From an uncultured Syntrophales bacterium (GTDB lineage: Bacteria; Desulfobacterota; Desulfomonilia; Desulfomonilales; Desulfomonilaceae): 64,000 nucleotides of DNA. The position numbers were made by a program, and so were the translations under genes. This document shows, piece after piece, positions 8,547-18,700 of this stretch. Below the pieces are notes generated by a model that made no database searches, was not told the origin of the DNA, and saw only the letters and a program-made list of their open reading frames with translations. How positions within the stretch are numbered: the first letter of the stretch is position 1; each line of letters starts with the position of its first letter. The stretch covers positions 112,131-176,130 of the forward strand of contig CAYLRL010000001.1 in NCBI GenBank assembly GCA_964385875.1. The letters run 5' to 3'.

Positions 8547-8981
8547 ATGGCTTTCAAAGTGAACGGATCGCAACGGACCGCCATGGCGGAGATCAATGTG
8601 ACGCCGTTGGTGGACGTCATGCTGGTGCTGCTCATTATCTTCATGGTGACCGCGCCGATGATGCAGGAGGGCGTGTCGGTGGACCTGCCGGCCGCGCAGG
8701 GCAAACCGCTGGAACGCCGACCCGACACCGAAGAGGTGGTGATATCCATCCGCGATAAGGGCGGAATATTCGTCAACGATAAGGCGGTCAAAGAATCGGA
8801 GCTGACCCAAACCGTCCTGAACGCGACCAAAAAGTCCCCTTCGACACAGGTCTTCCTCCGCGCCGACAAGAATGTGGCGTACGGCGTGGTTGTGCGCACC
8901 ATGGCCGCGCTCAAGGGCGCAGGGATAGCAAATTTGGGTGTGATTACCACGCCTTCGGAGGATTCCGGCACGGCTCAATGA
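8547..8981 (+). CDS. tolR: TolR (ExbD/TolR family)
   Basis: It carries MAEINVTPLVDVMLVLLIIFMVTAP, the ExbD/TolR TM segment with the conserved Asp. Its position after tolQ also supports the call. Confidence 0.9.
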   Translation: MAFKVNGSQRTAMAEINVTPLVDVMLVLLIIFMVTAPMMQEGVSVDLPAAQGKPLERRPDTEEVVISIRDKGGIFVNDKAVKESELTQTVLNATKKSPSTQVFLRADKNVAYGVVVRTMAALKGAGIANLGVITTPSEDSGTAQ

Positions 8982-9874
8982 TTCCCATTCCCAACCAGGG
9001 GCGAGATTCCGTCTCGCCGGCGATGTTGATCGCGTCGTGCATTCTCCACGGAGCGATCCTCCTCTGCCTGGTTTTGGCGCTCGGTCCCGCGGCTCATCGA
9101 CCCGCGCCGCAGGATCGAGACGTTACGCGCGTGAAACTCGTCGAATACAAACCCGGGCCGCCGACCATCGAGAAACTCGATACCCCGTCTTCATGGACCG
9201 AACCGGCGACCAACGCGTCGCGCATGCGGTTGGAGAAGTCCGAACAGTCCAAACCCGACGCCCCGGACGCGCAGGTGAAGCGGAAGCGGCTCGCGGCCGT
9301 CGATAACAACGGTATCAAGTTTCGCAAACGGAAGCCGGCGCGGCGGAGCGAGCGGCCCGCTCCCAAGCCCAAGGAGCCTCAACGCGCGGACAAAGAGAAG
9401 AAGGAAAACTCGGACGAACGCCTCGAGCGGCTCATCGACCGAATTCGGAAACGCGTGGCCCAAAAGAAGGCGCGTGAAAAGCCCGCCGCCGGCGCCCCCG
9501 GAACCGAAGCTCGGGGAGATATCCGGACCGATCCCGAAGTGGCTCGGTGGCTCCTTGCCGTGAGGAGTGCGGTCAACGCGCAATGGCCCGCGCTGTGGAG
9601 GAAAGAAGCCCGGGATCTCGCGGTCGAGATCGGCGTGCAGGTCGCGGACGACGGTCGAGTGACCCATGCCGGCGTCGATAAAAGCTCCGGCGACAGATTC
9701 TTCGATCAATCGGCTCTTAGAGCAGTTTGGCTGGCCTCACCCTTTCCGCCGGTCCCCGAAGCCGCGCGCGAGGAACTGCGCCGAGAAAAGGGACTGGCCC
9801 TGGAATTCACCCCCGGCGGACTGCAATGGGGAAATCAACGCGACGGTTCCTCGCGCCTGCGCACGGCCCGCTGA
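8978..9874 (+). CDS. tolA: TolA-like protein (TM anchor, K/R/E/P-rich linker, TonB/TolA-type C-terminal domain)
   Basis: The ATGA start overlaps the tolR stop. It has one N-terminal TM segment, a charged linker and a ~90-aa C-terminal globular domain. It sits between tolR and tolB. Confidence 0.65.
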   Translation: MIPIPNQGRDSVSPAMLIASCILHGAILLCLVLALGPAAHRPAPQDRDVTRVKLVEYKPGPPTIEKLDTPSSWTEPATNASRMRLEKSEQSKPDAPDAQVKRKRLAAVDNNGIKFRKRKPARRSERPAPKPKEPQRADKEKKENSDERLERLIDRIRKRVAQKKAREKPAAGAPGTEARGDIRTDPEVARWLLAVRSAVNAQWPALWRKEARDLAVEIGVQVADDGRVTHAGVDKSSGDRFFDQSALRAVWLASPFPPVPEAAREELRREKGLALEFTPGGLQWGNQRDGSSRLRTAR

Positions 9875-9910
9875 TCGCCGGTGATAGAGGGAAAGAGAGC
9901 GCTCGATACT

Positions 9911-11266
9911 ATGACCCCGGCCCCACAGCAGTTACATGACAAACCGGAAGGGACCCGGCCGAAACCGGTCGCTCCCGCCGCGCGACGACGGCGCCTTTCG
10001 TCACGATTCATTCATGTTAGGGGACTCGTGATCCTGATGTCGCTCGCTGCTCTTGTTTTCGTCGGACACAACGCGGCGGGCAAAGTCAGACTATCGATCG
10101 AGGGCTCCGGCGCGGCAATGCCCATCGCGGTTCCCGATTTCAGGGTCGCTTCCGGACAATCCGCCGCCGGAACGGAATTGGCCGAGATCCTCCGACGAGA
10201 TTTATACCTCACCGGCCTTTTCGACATTATACCCGGTCGGCCGTCAGGGCCCTCCCCTGAAGCTCCGGACTTCGAACGATGGCTCCAAACCGGCGCGCAA
10301 GCGATCGTCCTCGGCGTGTTCCAGGATTCGGGCGGCCGAGGCGTCCTCGAAGGCCGAATGTACGATACGGCCACACGCGGCCTCATACTCGGCAAGCGGT
10401 TCAGCGGAAGCCCCGACGCGCAACGCCTCATGGTCCACACCCTCGGCGATCGCATCCTCGCAAAGCTCACGGGCGTACCCGGCTGCTTCACGAGCAGAAT
10501 AGCCTTTGTGGGCCTGGGGAAATCCCGAGAAGTCTACTCCATGGACTTCGACGGTCATAACCTGCGCCGAGTGAGCGCAACCAACAGCATCAACATGTCG
10601 CCCGAATGGTCGCCCGACGGGTCCGTGTTGATCTTCACGTCGTACGTGCGGGGCAAGCCGGATTTGTGGGCGCTGAATCTCAAGACGGGAAAGCGTCGGT
10701 TGGTTTCGGGTCGGGCGGGGATAAACGCGTCGGGGCGGTATTCGCCTGACGGCGGGCGGATAGCGCTGTCGACAAACTATAAAGGAATACCTAAGATATT
10801 TGTAATAACTACTCAAGGAAACATAATAAAAAGGTTGACTGACGGGAGGGGTAATGATATCTCTCCCACGTGGTCGCCGGACGGCGCCTCCATCGCTTAC
10901 GTCTCCGACCACACGGGGTCTCCCCAGATCTACGTGATGTCGGTCGATGGGGGCCGAGCCGAGCGACTCACATTCGAGACCAACTACAACACCGACCCGG
11001 ACTGGTCGCCTCGAGGGGACAGGATCGCGTTTACCGCGCGGGTCGAAGGACGGTTTCAGATATGCGCCATGAGAACGGATCGAACGGATTTCAGGGTTTT
11101 GACGAGCCAGGGAACCAACGAGGATCCGGCATGGTCGCCCGACGGCAGAATGATTGCGTTTTCATCCAATCGGGACGGTTCGAAACGGATCTACGTGATG
11201 GACGCGTGGGGGCGTGTGCAGGTCCCGGTGTCGCCGATTCCGGGAAAGTCTCCGGCATGGCGGTGA
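9911..11266 (+). CDS. tolB: TolB periplasmic beta-propeller protein
   Basis: Repeated SPxWSPDG motifs are present: SPEWSPDGS, RYSPDGGRIA, SPTWSPDGASIA, DPDWSPRGDRIA and DPAWSPDGRMIA. ATG 9911 is preferred over GTG 9881, the track start. Confidence 0.9.
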   Translation: MTPAPQQLHDKPEGTRPKPVAPAARRRRLSSRFIHVRGLVILMSLAALVFVGHNAAGKVRLSIEGSGAAMPIAVPDFRVASGQSAAGTELAEILRRDLYLTGLFDIIPGRPSGPSPEAPDFERWLQTGAQAIVLGVFQDSGGRGVLEGRMYDTATRGLILGKRFSGSPDAQRLMVHTLGDRILAKLTGVPGCFTSRIAFVGLGKSREVYSMDFDGHNLRRVSATNSINMSPEWSPDGSVLIFTSYVRGKPDLWALNLKTGKRRLVSGRAGINASGRYSPDGGRIALSTNYKGIPKIFVITTQGNIIKRLTDGRGNDISPTWSPDGASIAYVSDHTGSPQIYVMSVDGGRAERLTFETNYNTDPDWSPRGDRIAFTARVEGRFQICAMRTDRTDFRVLTSQGTNEDPAWSPDGRMIAFSSNRDGSKRIYVMDAWGRVQVPVSPIPGKSPAWR

Positions 11267-11316
11267 GTGTTGAGAGAGGGACGGTCGAAACGGATCGCGA
11301 AAGAACGAGGAAAGCC

Positions 11317-11817
11317 ATGTTCATGAAGAGTGTCCCGCTGAAGGCGGCGATAGCGCTGTGTATCCTCGTGGCCGTCGCCGGCGGGTGTTCCCGGAAGATA
11401 GTGAAGCCCACTCCGCAACAGCCGGGCCCGACGGTTCCGCACCATCCCGGGTCGATTGCGGAGGCGCCGCTCGAGGCGGTTCAGGCGCAGTTGAAAGAGG
11501 TCTACTTCGGGTACGACACCTATGTCTTGACCCCCGAAGCTCAGGCCGCTCTCCAATATAACGCTGAGTTGCTCAGACGAGCGCCGCAGGCCAAGGTGGT
11601 CGCGGAAGGCCATTGCGACGAGCGTGGGACCGACGAGTACAACCTTGCCCTGGGCGAGCGCCGCGCCCGATCCGTGGTGGATTATCTCGTGACGCTCGGG
11701 GTCGAGCCTCATCGGTTGTCAACCGTCTCCTACGGCGAGGAACTTCCGGTAGACCCGGGACATAACGAAGCCGCATGGGCGAAGAACCGACGCGTCTATC
11801 TCCGTGTGACTCAATAA
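11317..11817 (+). CDS. pal: Peptidoglycan-associated lipoprotein Pal (OmpA-like domain)
   Basis: ATG 11317 follows GAGGAAAG. It has a lipobox (LVAVAGGC) and an OmpA-C motif (GHCDERGTDEYNLALGERRA...NRRV). Confidence 0.9.
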   Translation: MFMKSVPLKAAIALCILVAVAGGCSRKIVKPTPQQPGPTVPHHPGSIAEAPLEAVQAQLKEVYFGYDTYVLTPEAQAALQYNAELLRRAPQAKVVAEGHCDERGTDEYNLALGERRARSVVDYLVTLGVEPHRLSTVSYGEELPVDPGHNEAAWAKNRRVYLRVTQ

Positions 11818-11830
11818 TACGGGCGGGGGA

Positions 11831-12706
11831 ATGACCATTATGTGGAGGGAGATACACGGGCATCGCAGGCCGCGCGCGGTCGCGATCCTTACCGCGGCGG
11901 TCGCGATGATGATCGGCGGCTGCCTCACCCGGACGAACAATCCGCCGCTTCCGTACGTCAAACCCGCGCAGTCAGTTCCACAACAGGATCAGGCGAAGCT
12001 CCACCTTGCGGCTCGCCTCCAGGAGATCGATCAGGAGATCGCCCGGCTTCACGGGATCGTCGAACGTCTCCAGGCGGAGGGCGATCCGTCGGCCGCGCTC
12101 CGCAATCTCGAACAGCGTGTCGCGCTCATCGAGCGACAGCTTGGTATCGAGCCCCCCGCGCCGGCAAGCGAATTCACCCCGGCTCCGTCCCAAGAACAAA
12201 CAGCGCCCCCCGTGCCGCCGGCGCAACCGGCCCCTCCGGCGAATCAACCGCCGGCCCCGCCGGCCGTTCAGCAGCCGGCGCCTCAGCAGCATGCCCCCGA
12301 CCAGCGGGTCGAAATCCGGAACAAGCCGCTTCCCACCGATGAGCAGTCATATCGCCGCGCGTACGCGCTGGTCCGGAGCGGATCCACCTCGGAGGCGCTC
12401 CCTCTGCTCCGGGAATTCGTCACTCAGTATCCCAAGAGTCGGTATGTGCCCGACGCGCTCTACTGGATCGGCGACGCGCTCTTCGAAGAAGGGCGCTACG
12501 ATGAAGCCGTGCTTCAGTTCGACCGCGTCGTCAAAGAGCACCCCGGGTCGAAGAAGGAGTTGAGCGCGCTCCTCAAGCTGGGGCAATCATTCGCCAAAAT
12601 GGGCGACCCCCAGTCCTCCCGCATCATCTATGAGAAGCTTTTGAAAGAGCATCCCCACTCGGCCCAAGCCAGACACGCGAAGACACTCCTGAAAGAGCTT
12701 GAATAG
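11831..12706 (+). CDS. cpoB: Tol-Pal system protein CpoB/YbgF (coiled coil + P/A/Q linker + TPR)
   Basis: A signal-like N-terminus is followed by the coiled coil LQEIDQEIARLHGIVERLQ. The C-terminal TPR region reads YRRAYALVRSG...YPKSRYVPDALYWIGDALFEEGRYDEA. It lies directly after pal. Confidence 0.8.
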   Translation: MTIMWREIHGHRRPRAVAILTAAVAMMIGGCLTRTNNPPLPYVKPAQSVPQQDQAKLHLAARLQEIDQEIARLHGIVERLQAEGDPSAALRNLEQRVALIERQLGIEPPAPASEFTPAPSQEQTAPPVPPAQPAPPANQPPAPPAVQQPAPQQHAPDQRVEIRNKPLPTDEQSYRRAYALVRSGSTSEALPLLREFVTQYPKSRYVPDALYWIGDALFEEGRYDEAVLQFDRVVKEHPGSKKELSALLKLGQSFAKMGDPQSSRIIYEKLLKEHPHSAQARHAKTLLKELE

Positions 12707-12899
12707 CCCCGTCGCGGGCGCCTTCGATCTCTCCGCCGACCGTCTTCAGGCGCACACCCACACGGCGCCGTATCACGCGAACCCGGCTGAATGCTTCTGC
12801 GCGGCCGAAAACGCACACAACAGCCGTCGCACGCTTCGGTCGGTCTCAGCGCGAAACACCGTCGCAGGCGACGCGGTCACAATCTCGTTCAAGCGCGCC

Positions 12900-13463
12900 T
12901 TACCGCGCGGGATAGCCTTGATACTGCGGGGCCGCGGCGCCCTGCTGCGGATAACCGTACCCCTGTTGCGCCGGCGCCTGATAGGCCTGAGGCTGCTGAT
13001 ATGCAGGGGGTTGCTGATACGCCTGAGGTTGCTGATACATCTGAGGCTGCGGAGCCTGATAGGCCTGCGGTTGAGCAGGCTGTTGGTACATTTGCGGCTG
13101 CTGCGGGGCCGCGCCCGCGTAACCCTGGGCTTGTCCGGGCGGGTAGTACGTGGTCGTCGGCTGCTGATACTGCTGAGGAGCGCCGTATCCGTACTGGGGA
13201 GGGGCCTGTCCGCCTCCGGGAGCATACTGGGTGTTCGCCTGGGGCGCCCCCTGTTGCCCCGGCGGGCGGGAAGAACCCGAATAGAACGGATTGAAATTGT
13301 AGATGGGATTCCCGGACCACCAAGCTCGTACCTCGCCGATGGCCGAGTTACCGACCGCGTTGCGGCTGGACGATCCCGAGAAGAGATAATCGAGGAAGCC
13401 GTGCGCCGGAGCGGACATTACCATGATTGTCAGCAGCGCAGAGCCGGCAATATACTTTTTCAT
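12900..13463 (-). CDS. Secreted low-complexity Q/P/Y/A/G-rich protein (187 aa)
   Basis: The signal peptide MKKYIAGSALLTIMVMSAPAHG is followed by a ~45-aa ordinary segment and then QQPQAYQ-type degenerate repeats. The mirror-frame ORFs on the other strand are composition artefacts. Confidence 0.6.
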   Translation of the reverse strand: MKKYIAGSALLTIMVMSAPAHGFLDYLFSGSSSRNAVGNSAIGEVRAWWSGNPIYNFNPFYSGSSRPPGQQGAPQANTQYAPGGGQAPPQYGYGAPQQYQQPTTTYYPPGQAQGYAGAAPQQPQMYQQPAQPQAYQAPQPQMYQQPQAYQQPPAYQQPQAYQAPAQQGYGYPQQGAAAPQYQGYPAR

Positions 13464-13704
13464 GATCGGCGCCTCCCTGGAAAGAGCGGTGCTGTGTGCG
13501 TTTACTCTTTTGGATTCTCCCTGTTCTCGGCGTCAGTCGCGTCGGTGCGGCGATCCCTCGCCCTGCGACAGCCGTTTCGAGAACCTTTTTAATTCTACAG
13601 CATTGCACGGCATTTGTCCAGAATGGGAACAAAGGAACCCGGCTGCGCGGTCGAGCGCACGTTTTTCGATGGGAGCGCCGGCGGATTGGAATCGGAGGGA
13701 AGGT

Positions 13705-15042
13705 CTAGCGCAGAGTGCTGCGTTCGGTCGAGGAATCCTTGACGAGGACCATGTCTCCCAACTTGATCAGTCGGGCGCCGGCGACCCGGCGAAAGCGCGA
13801 TTGGAGGGGTTTGGGCACATGTCTTAAGGCGGTGATCATCTTGACCTTGAGCGGGTCGACGTGTTTGCCTTTGACGAGGAGCTGGAAGTCCAGATGCGGA
13901 CCCGTGGCCAAGCCGGTGGCGCCGACGAGACCGATACGTTGTCGCTGCTTGACGCGGCGCCCCTTCTTCACCAGGATTCTGCTGAGATGCCCATAGCGGC
14001 TCTCGAAGCCGTTCTCGTGAGTGATACAGACGTACTTCCCGTAGCCCTTTTTCCATCCCGCGAAGGTAACGACGCCTCGAGCCACCGACCAGACGGGCGT
14101 CCCTTTCGGCGCGCCGTAATCGACGCCGTTGTGTTTGCGCCATACACGAAGAATTGGATGAAAGCGTCTGCCGTATTGTGAGGTGACTCGAAGCACGCTG
14201 AGCGGTGATCGCAGGAAGTTCTTTTTGAGTTCCCGTCCGTTTTCGTCGTAGTAGGTTCCGTTGAAGAGGACCGCGACCTTCTTGCCGGTCTTGCGCCCCT
14301 GGTAGACGGCGCACAGGATTCGACCGTATCCCGACGGACGATCGTCCGCGTAGCGTCGTTCGAAGAGGATTTTGCAGACGTCGCCCCGCATTGATTCGGA
14401 CTGGAAGTCGATATCCCAGCGAAAGACGTTGGTGAGTTTCAGGGCCAATTCCATGCCTTCGCCGGTCTTGAGAAGCGACTCGGTGAGGTTGCCCGCTATG
14501 TCGAAGGAGACGGTTTCGGGCTTGAATTCGAGGACCACTTCCTCTTTCCAGGCCCTGACCTGATTTCCGTCTGCCGTCGCGTGGAAGACATGGGCAACGT
14601 CCATGTCGATGCCGGCCTTGAGGAATCCGCCTTCGCTGTCTAGGGTTATGGTGTATCTGGCGCCGGGCTTGAGCGGTCGATGAGGCGTGAATTTGGGGTC
14701 GAGACCGCTCCTGATAACCGACGCGAGGCTGTGCGCGGCCTTCTCGACCCATTCCGGCTTCGAGATATGATACTCGAGCACCGAGTAGAGCGTGTCCCCT
14801 TGTCCGGTGATGTCCGTTACCTCGACGGAACATACGGGCGCGGATTCCGGTTCGTTCGGAACCTCGGCCTGCGGAATCGCGCACGCGGCCGCGCCGGGCG
14901 GAACCGATGCATTCGCTTTGGGCGGTTCCGTCGCTATCGAGAGTGCGCCGTCAAGATCGGGGATACACCAGAGGTAGCCGCCGACGGCCAATCCGCCGAG
15001 CATGAGGAACGTGAGAAAGAAGATTTTTCCTGACGATCGCAT
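13705..15042 (-). CDS. M23 (LytM-type) peptidoglycan metalloendopeptidase
   Basis: It has an N-terminal TM/signal segment. The C-terminal region reads HNGVDYGAPKGTPVWSVARGVVTFAGW...GYGKYVCITHENGFESRYGHL...GATGLATGPHLDF, giving the HxxxD and HxH zinc motifs. Confidence 0.85.
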   Translation of the reverse strand: MRSSGKIFFLTFLMLGGLAVGGYLWCIPDLDGALSIATEPPKANASVPPGAAACAIPQAEVPNEPESAPVCSVEVTDITGQGDTLYSVLEYHISKPEWVEKAAHSLASVIRSGLDPKFTPHRPLKPGARYTITLDSEGGFLKAGIDMDVAHVFHATADGNQVRAWKEEVVLEFKPETVSFDIAGNLTESLLKTGEGMELALKLTNVFRWDIDFQSESMRGDVCKILFERRYADDRPSGYGRILCAVYQGRKTGKKVAVLFNGTYYDENGRELKKNFLRSPLSVLRVTSQYGRRFHPILRVWRKHNGVDYGAPKGTPVWSVARGVVTFAGWKKGYGKYVCITHENGFESRYGHLSRILVKKGRRVKQRQRIGLVGATGLATGPHLDFQLLVKGKHVDPLKVKMITALRHVPKPLQSRFRRVAGARLIKLGDMVLVKDSSTERSTLR

Positions 15043-15732
15043 GCAGCCCGCACCGAAACGTTCTCGAAAGGGATCCGGGGGAATAACGCTTCTCCCTGTC
15101 TTCGGCTTTCAAAGCTAGCATTAATCCCGGTCTCAGTCAACCTCTTATCGGAAAATGACCGCGTGGAAATGTCACACCGTTTTTTCAACCTGTGGAACAT
15201 TTCCGCATCGGCGCTGTCGTACTCGAATATCCGCAAACACGGTTATGGGTTAAGACGCTCTTCCACAGCACCCTCACGAGGGAGGCGCAGCAGCCGTCTA
15301 AACAGCGGCGGGGAGTACGGGCGCCATGAAACGAGACCAACAGAGCTGGCTGAGGGATTACGCGGTGACCTGTCGAGTTTTCAAGGGCAGATGGAGCATT
15401 CGTCATTGCTTGCGAATGTACAATGACATCAAGGATTTGAGGATCCAGATGTCCTCGAGAGCCAAAGGCAAGGTCACACGTCATGAATCGGCGTACAATC
15501 CGTGCGAGCACTGCCGAGTCCTTGACGAATACCGGCGGGCGCAGTGCCTCGAGGAGCGTTACGCTGAAGCGGGGAATGCGGTGAGCGACGGCGCATGGGC
15601 CGTATGATCCCCTGAAAAACTCCGTTCTCTGGACTGAACCGACACCCGTTCCGGGCGGCGATAACGTTCAACCTTGTCAACCTGAAACAAATCCAACCTG
15701 TTTTCCAACCCTTATCCGCTTCAGCCAACGTT

Positions 15733-18700
15733 TCATGCCATTTCACGCTCGATGACGCCGAGCACGTCATGGACGCCGTGAGGCCGCTTGTCCGGATTCT
15801 TGTCCAAACATTCCAGAATGAGCGGATCGATCCAATCGGGAACCGTCGGATTTGAGAGTCTCGGGGGCGCGGGAAAAACCTTGGCATGTTGGAACTTGAA
15901 ATCGTCGAAGGACGGCCCTTCGAACGGCAGTTCCCCGGTGAGGATAAAGAAGAGCAGCACCCCCAGCGAATAAACCTCGGCCGCGCGCTCCTTGATCACG
16001 CCGGAGCGCGTGCGGAAGAACTCCGGCGGCATATACGCCGGGTTCATGCCGGGCTCCTGCCGGCGAGGCTGCTTGGCCATGGTCAAGTTGCGATATATCT
16101 GCGAGTAACCGAGGCTCGCAATCCTGCACTCGGACAAATCGCCGCTGACGAGGATCTGCGAAGGCTGAAGGTGAAGGTGGAACGCGCGACGAATGCGGCC
16201 GTCCCGCCCTTTGTGATTGTGCGCGTACGCCAGTCCCCTGATGATCGCGCGGGCCAGTTCCATCCGAACATCCAAATCGATGCTTTCTTCCGAAGTGAGG
16301 ACCTGTTCGAGGGTTCGCGGCAGATACGGATGAACGAGCCCCTGTCGATTCTGACCGCTTTTGACGATTTCTTCCAGCCGCAGGACGTTCTCGTGTTCCA
16401 TATTCCACGAGAGTTCGGCCACGTCCTTGACGAATTGCTCGAAAACGTTCGGCTCGAGGAGATCGAACTTGAAGATCCGAAGTAACGCGGTCCTGCCGGT
16501 GTTGACTTCGGATGCGGCGTGCCAGACACCCCATCCGTCCGCGGAGATGACCCCGACCTCTCGGTAGGCCATGGACCCCCTCGTGGGACGGAAAAGTTGC
16601 ATCTCGTCCACTTCACTCCGCATCGACAGGGCTTCATGGCTCGAGACAAAGGTCGTCGCGTCTCGAAGGGGCTGCGGCTCGAGATCGACCGCGTGGACTA
16701 CCTGCTCGGGCTCTTCATAGACTGGACCCGGTTTGGGCGCCGGCGCGGTTTCTTTCGTCGGTTTCTCCGCGTTCTGCTCGGTCCGAGATTGCGGGTTCTT
16801 CTCAGGAAGAGCGCCGGGCTTCGCTTCTTCAGTCGGAGCGGCTTTCCGGGGCTCTTCAGCCGGAGGACGAGCCTTCACCGGAGCGGTCTTCTCTTTTGCG
16901 GCTTTTTTTGCGGCGGGTTTGCCGACGCGTTGCGAGGTTCTCGCCCGCTTCTCCTCGGCCTTCGGGTCCGCGGGAGCTTCGGTTTTCGCTGTGGCGGCCT
17001 GCTTCCGGGCCTGCTTTGGAGCAGGTTTTGCCTCCTCGTGGCCCTCTACCGGCTTGGGGGCCTTCGCCTGCGTCCTTTTCGGCGATTCGGACGACGGCGC
17101 GGCCTGCGTCGCGGCGCGTGATTTCGCATGCTCCGCGTACTGTTTGTACGCCTTCTGTTTGGGATTTCGCTTGGCGGCCTCCGCAATGACCCGAAGGGCC
17201 AACGGATCGGTGGACCTTTTTCCGATCAGCTCCTGCGCGCAGAGCTCGATAACGTCGTCCGTGCCGGTCTGCGTGACGAGATCGAAATGTCCGCCCGCAA
17301 CGGCAAGTTTAGCCGCGCGCTTGGCCGCTTCCCTGTCGCCCGGCCTCTGCCTGCACAGTTCCAGGACGTGTTTGAGCGCCTTGCCGGGCTCGTTTCGCTT
17401 GTTGTAGGCTTCGAGGAGCGCCCGGCGGATGACCGCGTTGTTCGGTTCGTGTCGGATAAGGGCCTCGAAGATCCTGACCGCCTTGTCATCGCTTGCTTGT
17501 CGTTTGACGAGTTGCTTGAGGATCTTCCCATTGAGTTCCCGGTTGCCCTCCTTGATCGTCTCCTCGATCATATCATTGTCGATGACGCATTGAGCCAGGT
17601 CGGACAGATAATCGTGGCCGGGCCCGTCGATCTCATGAAGCAACCGAAGTTTTTCGGTGTATTTCTCCAGATCCCCCTGAGTCAGATAGACCGTGGAAAG
17701 CATTTTGTTCACACCGACCGCGCGCGGCTGGAACTCGAGCACCTTTTCGTACGTCGCGACCGCGTCGGAATGAACTTCGGAGTTGGCGAGATATATCTGC
17801 GCGATCTTCTTGACGATCACCGGATTGCCCTCGGAGAGGGCGTCCCGCACGCGGCCCTGTTCGACGTACAATCGAGCCGCCCGTCCCATGTAGTCTTCTT
17901 CGGCGTTCTTGTCGAGATTCTGGAGCATGGAAAGATGACTTACCGCGTTGCGGAAGTCGCCGGAAGCTTCATACTTGGCTGCCAGCATACGATGGAGCGC
18001 CATATCGGTCCGGTCATACTCGAGGCATTTCTTATAGATTCGTTCCGCCTCGTCGCTCAGGTTCTTGTCGTCCAGAAACTCCGCGCAGATCCTCAGGATG
18101 AGGTCCTTGTTGTTGCGTTCGAGCGCATGATCGGTCGCGTGATTCCGGGTGAGCATGGTCACGGAGTTCCGAATCATCTCGGGATCGGCTGCGTCGGCTT
18201 CCATGAGAGCGGTCAAATGCTCGACGACTTTGGCGGGATTGCCGAGATGGTGATACATGTCATAGAGCTTCTTGCGAATCTCGATGACTTCATCCTTGTC
18301 GGTCTCGACGTGGAGAAGGTCTTCGTATATCTCGGCGGCTTGGGCCTTCTTGCCCATCGCGCTCATCAATTCCATGCCCAGCGCGTAATCCTCGAGCGAT
18401 TTCAGACCGCCGAGGTCGCGCATCTTTTCCCAGGCCATCGCAGCTTCGTGGAACTGATTGGTTCGCTGATAGCAGACGGTCAAACGCCGGTACACGTCGG
18501 GGTTGCGCACTTCGCCGCCCTGGAGCGCGAGATACCGTTGAAATTCCCTGATTGCGCCTTCACAGTCGCCCGCTCGAAAGAGGTCTTCCGCTTCCCGAAT
18601 CAACTCCTGGATTTCGACGGCTCTACGGTCGAGGCCGGCCGACTTGCGCGCGCGTACGAAGAAGAACGCTGCGATAGCCGCCGCGGCGAAGAGGGCGATG

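Noticed and set aside
12699-13592. 297-aa plus-strand ORF and several other frames over the Q/P/Y-rich gene
   Set aside because: They are L/R-rich mirror translations of CAG/CCG/TAC-rich repeats. Only the minus-strand frame has a signal peptide, a start codon with sensible context and a coherent repeat pattern.
13595-14884. 429-aa alternative minus-strand frame over the M23 peptidase gene
   Set aside because: The translation is R/G/Q-rich junk. The 13705..15042 frame carries the LytM zinc motifs.
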